Shown here piece after piece: positions 62,746 through 64,000 of a stretch of DNA of 64,000 nucleotides. The notes under the pieces were generated by a model. That model made no database searches and had not been told where the DNA came from. It saw nothing but the letters and a program-made list of their open reading frames with translations. The first letter of the stretch is position 1, and each line of letters starts with the position of its first letter. The position numbers were made by a program, and so were the translations under genes. The stretch comes from the human T2T-CHM13v2.0 reference genome, Homo sapiens, in the NCBI RefSeq assembly GCF_009914755.1, contig NC_060925.1; one strand, given 5' to 3'.

Positions 62746-64000
62746 CTTAGTTTGTCCTCAATCTGAAATAAACAGTTTGGAAATGCCATTTACCTGACCT
62801 TCACAACATCTTCTACCTTACTAAAAGACAAAGTGGTTGCCATCTGTAGTCATGAAGGGGAAAGAGACAGGCAGAATCATTGAGCCTGAGTCCTGTCATC
62901 ACCTATCACTTTAGGCTCAAGTGAAGGCAGACCTGGAAATAAAGCCCTGAGTTTATTCTGTGTATAGACATGTGGTTCTGGCAGAGTTCAAATATAGTCA
63001 TTCCTCTTTATTCATAACTCTAAAAATAATAGCTAACATGGATTGAGCATTTAACATGTGCTAGGCATTATTCTAAGACCTTATATGTATTTAGTCTTCA
63101 AGCCCTTCAACAATTCTATGAGATATTAACCCATCCCTCTTGATGGACATGTAGATTGTTTCCAATTTTATTCTTAATAAAACAATATTACAATGAAAGA
63201 TGAGGGTAAACCCAAAGGTTTGGGTGCCATGAACCAACACTCTGTTTACTCCTCATCTCTCACCTAAGGCATGGTAGAATCGCAGTTACCTTTATGATAT
63301 TGGTCATGAGATAGCATTAAAGACTGTACTCTGGCGTTGATAATGATGCTATGTGAGAAGCTTCTTGAGTCTTGTGTTACTGCCCAGTGCAGGGGCTCAG
63401 ACCCCAACTGGGGAGCTGTTCCTCCCGCCCAAAAACAAAAGTGAAAGATAAACTTTCCCATACTGTAGTGAAACAGAGAACACAGAAATGAAACACCCAC
63501 GCAGTTGGCCAAAACACAGAATACTTAAATTGGGATAAAGTCCAAGACTTAACCTGGGCCTTACATAAGAGGAGGAGCATCATGCAGGGATAAGGATAAG
63601 TGTTCCAGAGTCAGAAGCTATATGCAACTCTGTGTTTTACCAGTTATAGGACCTGAGCAAGAGCCTCCATTTCCTGATGTGTAAAAGGCAGGCACATATA
63701 ATAGTTTGGGACACACAAAGGAAGAATCCATTTGAAAATACTTCATAAAATATTATAAAATATCAACTAATGATATCTCCCAAATATTCCCTCTCACATG
63801 CCCAAGCAGCCAGAGATGTTTGTTATCATCTTGTCTATCCAATAGTTCCTTCAAGTGCGTCACATCTGCAATATGGTTCATCCATCCTGTTATAGAGGAT
63901 GAAGTCTAGGCAAAATTATCCTAATTTTACAGGTGGGGAAAGCAAGGTGAAGTAGAGAAATGTGCAAAGGATAGGTAAAGATAGTTATAGTTGAAGACAC

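Overview
This is primate (human-like), CpG-depleted, repeat-rich genomic DNA with no recognisable host protein-coding exon. Every long ORF in the supplied track is a LINE-1 ORF1/ORF2 fragment, an Alu/LTR read-through, or a chance ORF. Mobile elements dominate. There are four young L1PA copies (two with twin-priming-type 5' inversions), an ultrashort L1 3' end, older L1MA/L1M pieces (one also inverted), three full Alus, a one-arm AluS, FLAMs, many solo LTRs (MER61, LTR3, MLT1, THE1, MST, LTR16, MER54/74-like, LTR47-like, MER21-like), an ERVL integrase relic, hAT elements (MER20, MER5A, Zaphod/MER115-like), L2s and MIRs. Several insertions are nested and keep readable target-site duplications. 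The most notable non-routine observations are: (1) a recent 180-bp templated copy of nearby unique sequence pasted into a MER20, duplicating an AP-1 site and hairpin; (2) non-consensus substitutions shared between neighbouring L1s of different subfamilies, possibly local gene conversion; (3) three compact IRF/ETS-centred motif clusters at about 16.1, 50.9 and 61.65 kb that resemble immune-inducible enhancers or promoters; and (4) several strong, stop-containing minus-strand exon candidates suggesting a spliced lncRNA. Subfamily names come from remembered consensus sequences, not a database search. The locus was not identified, and no new biological system is demonstrated.
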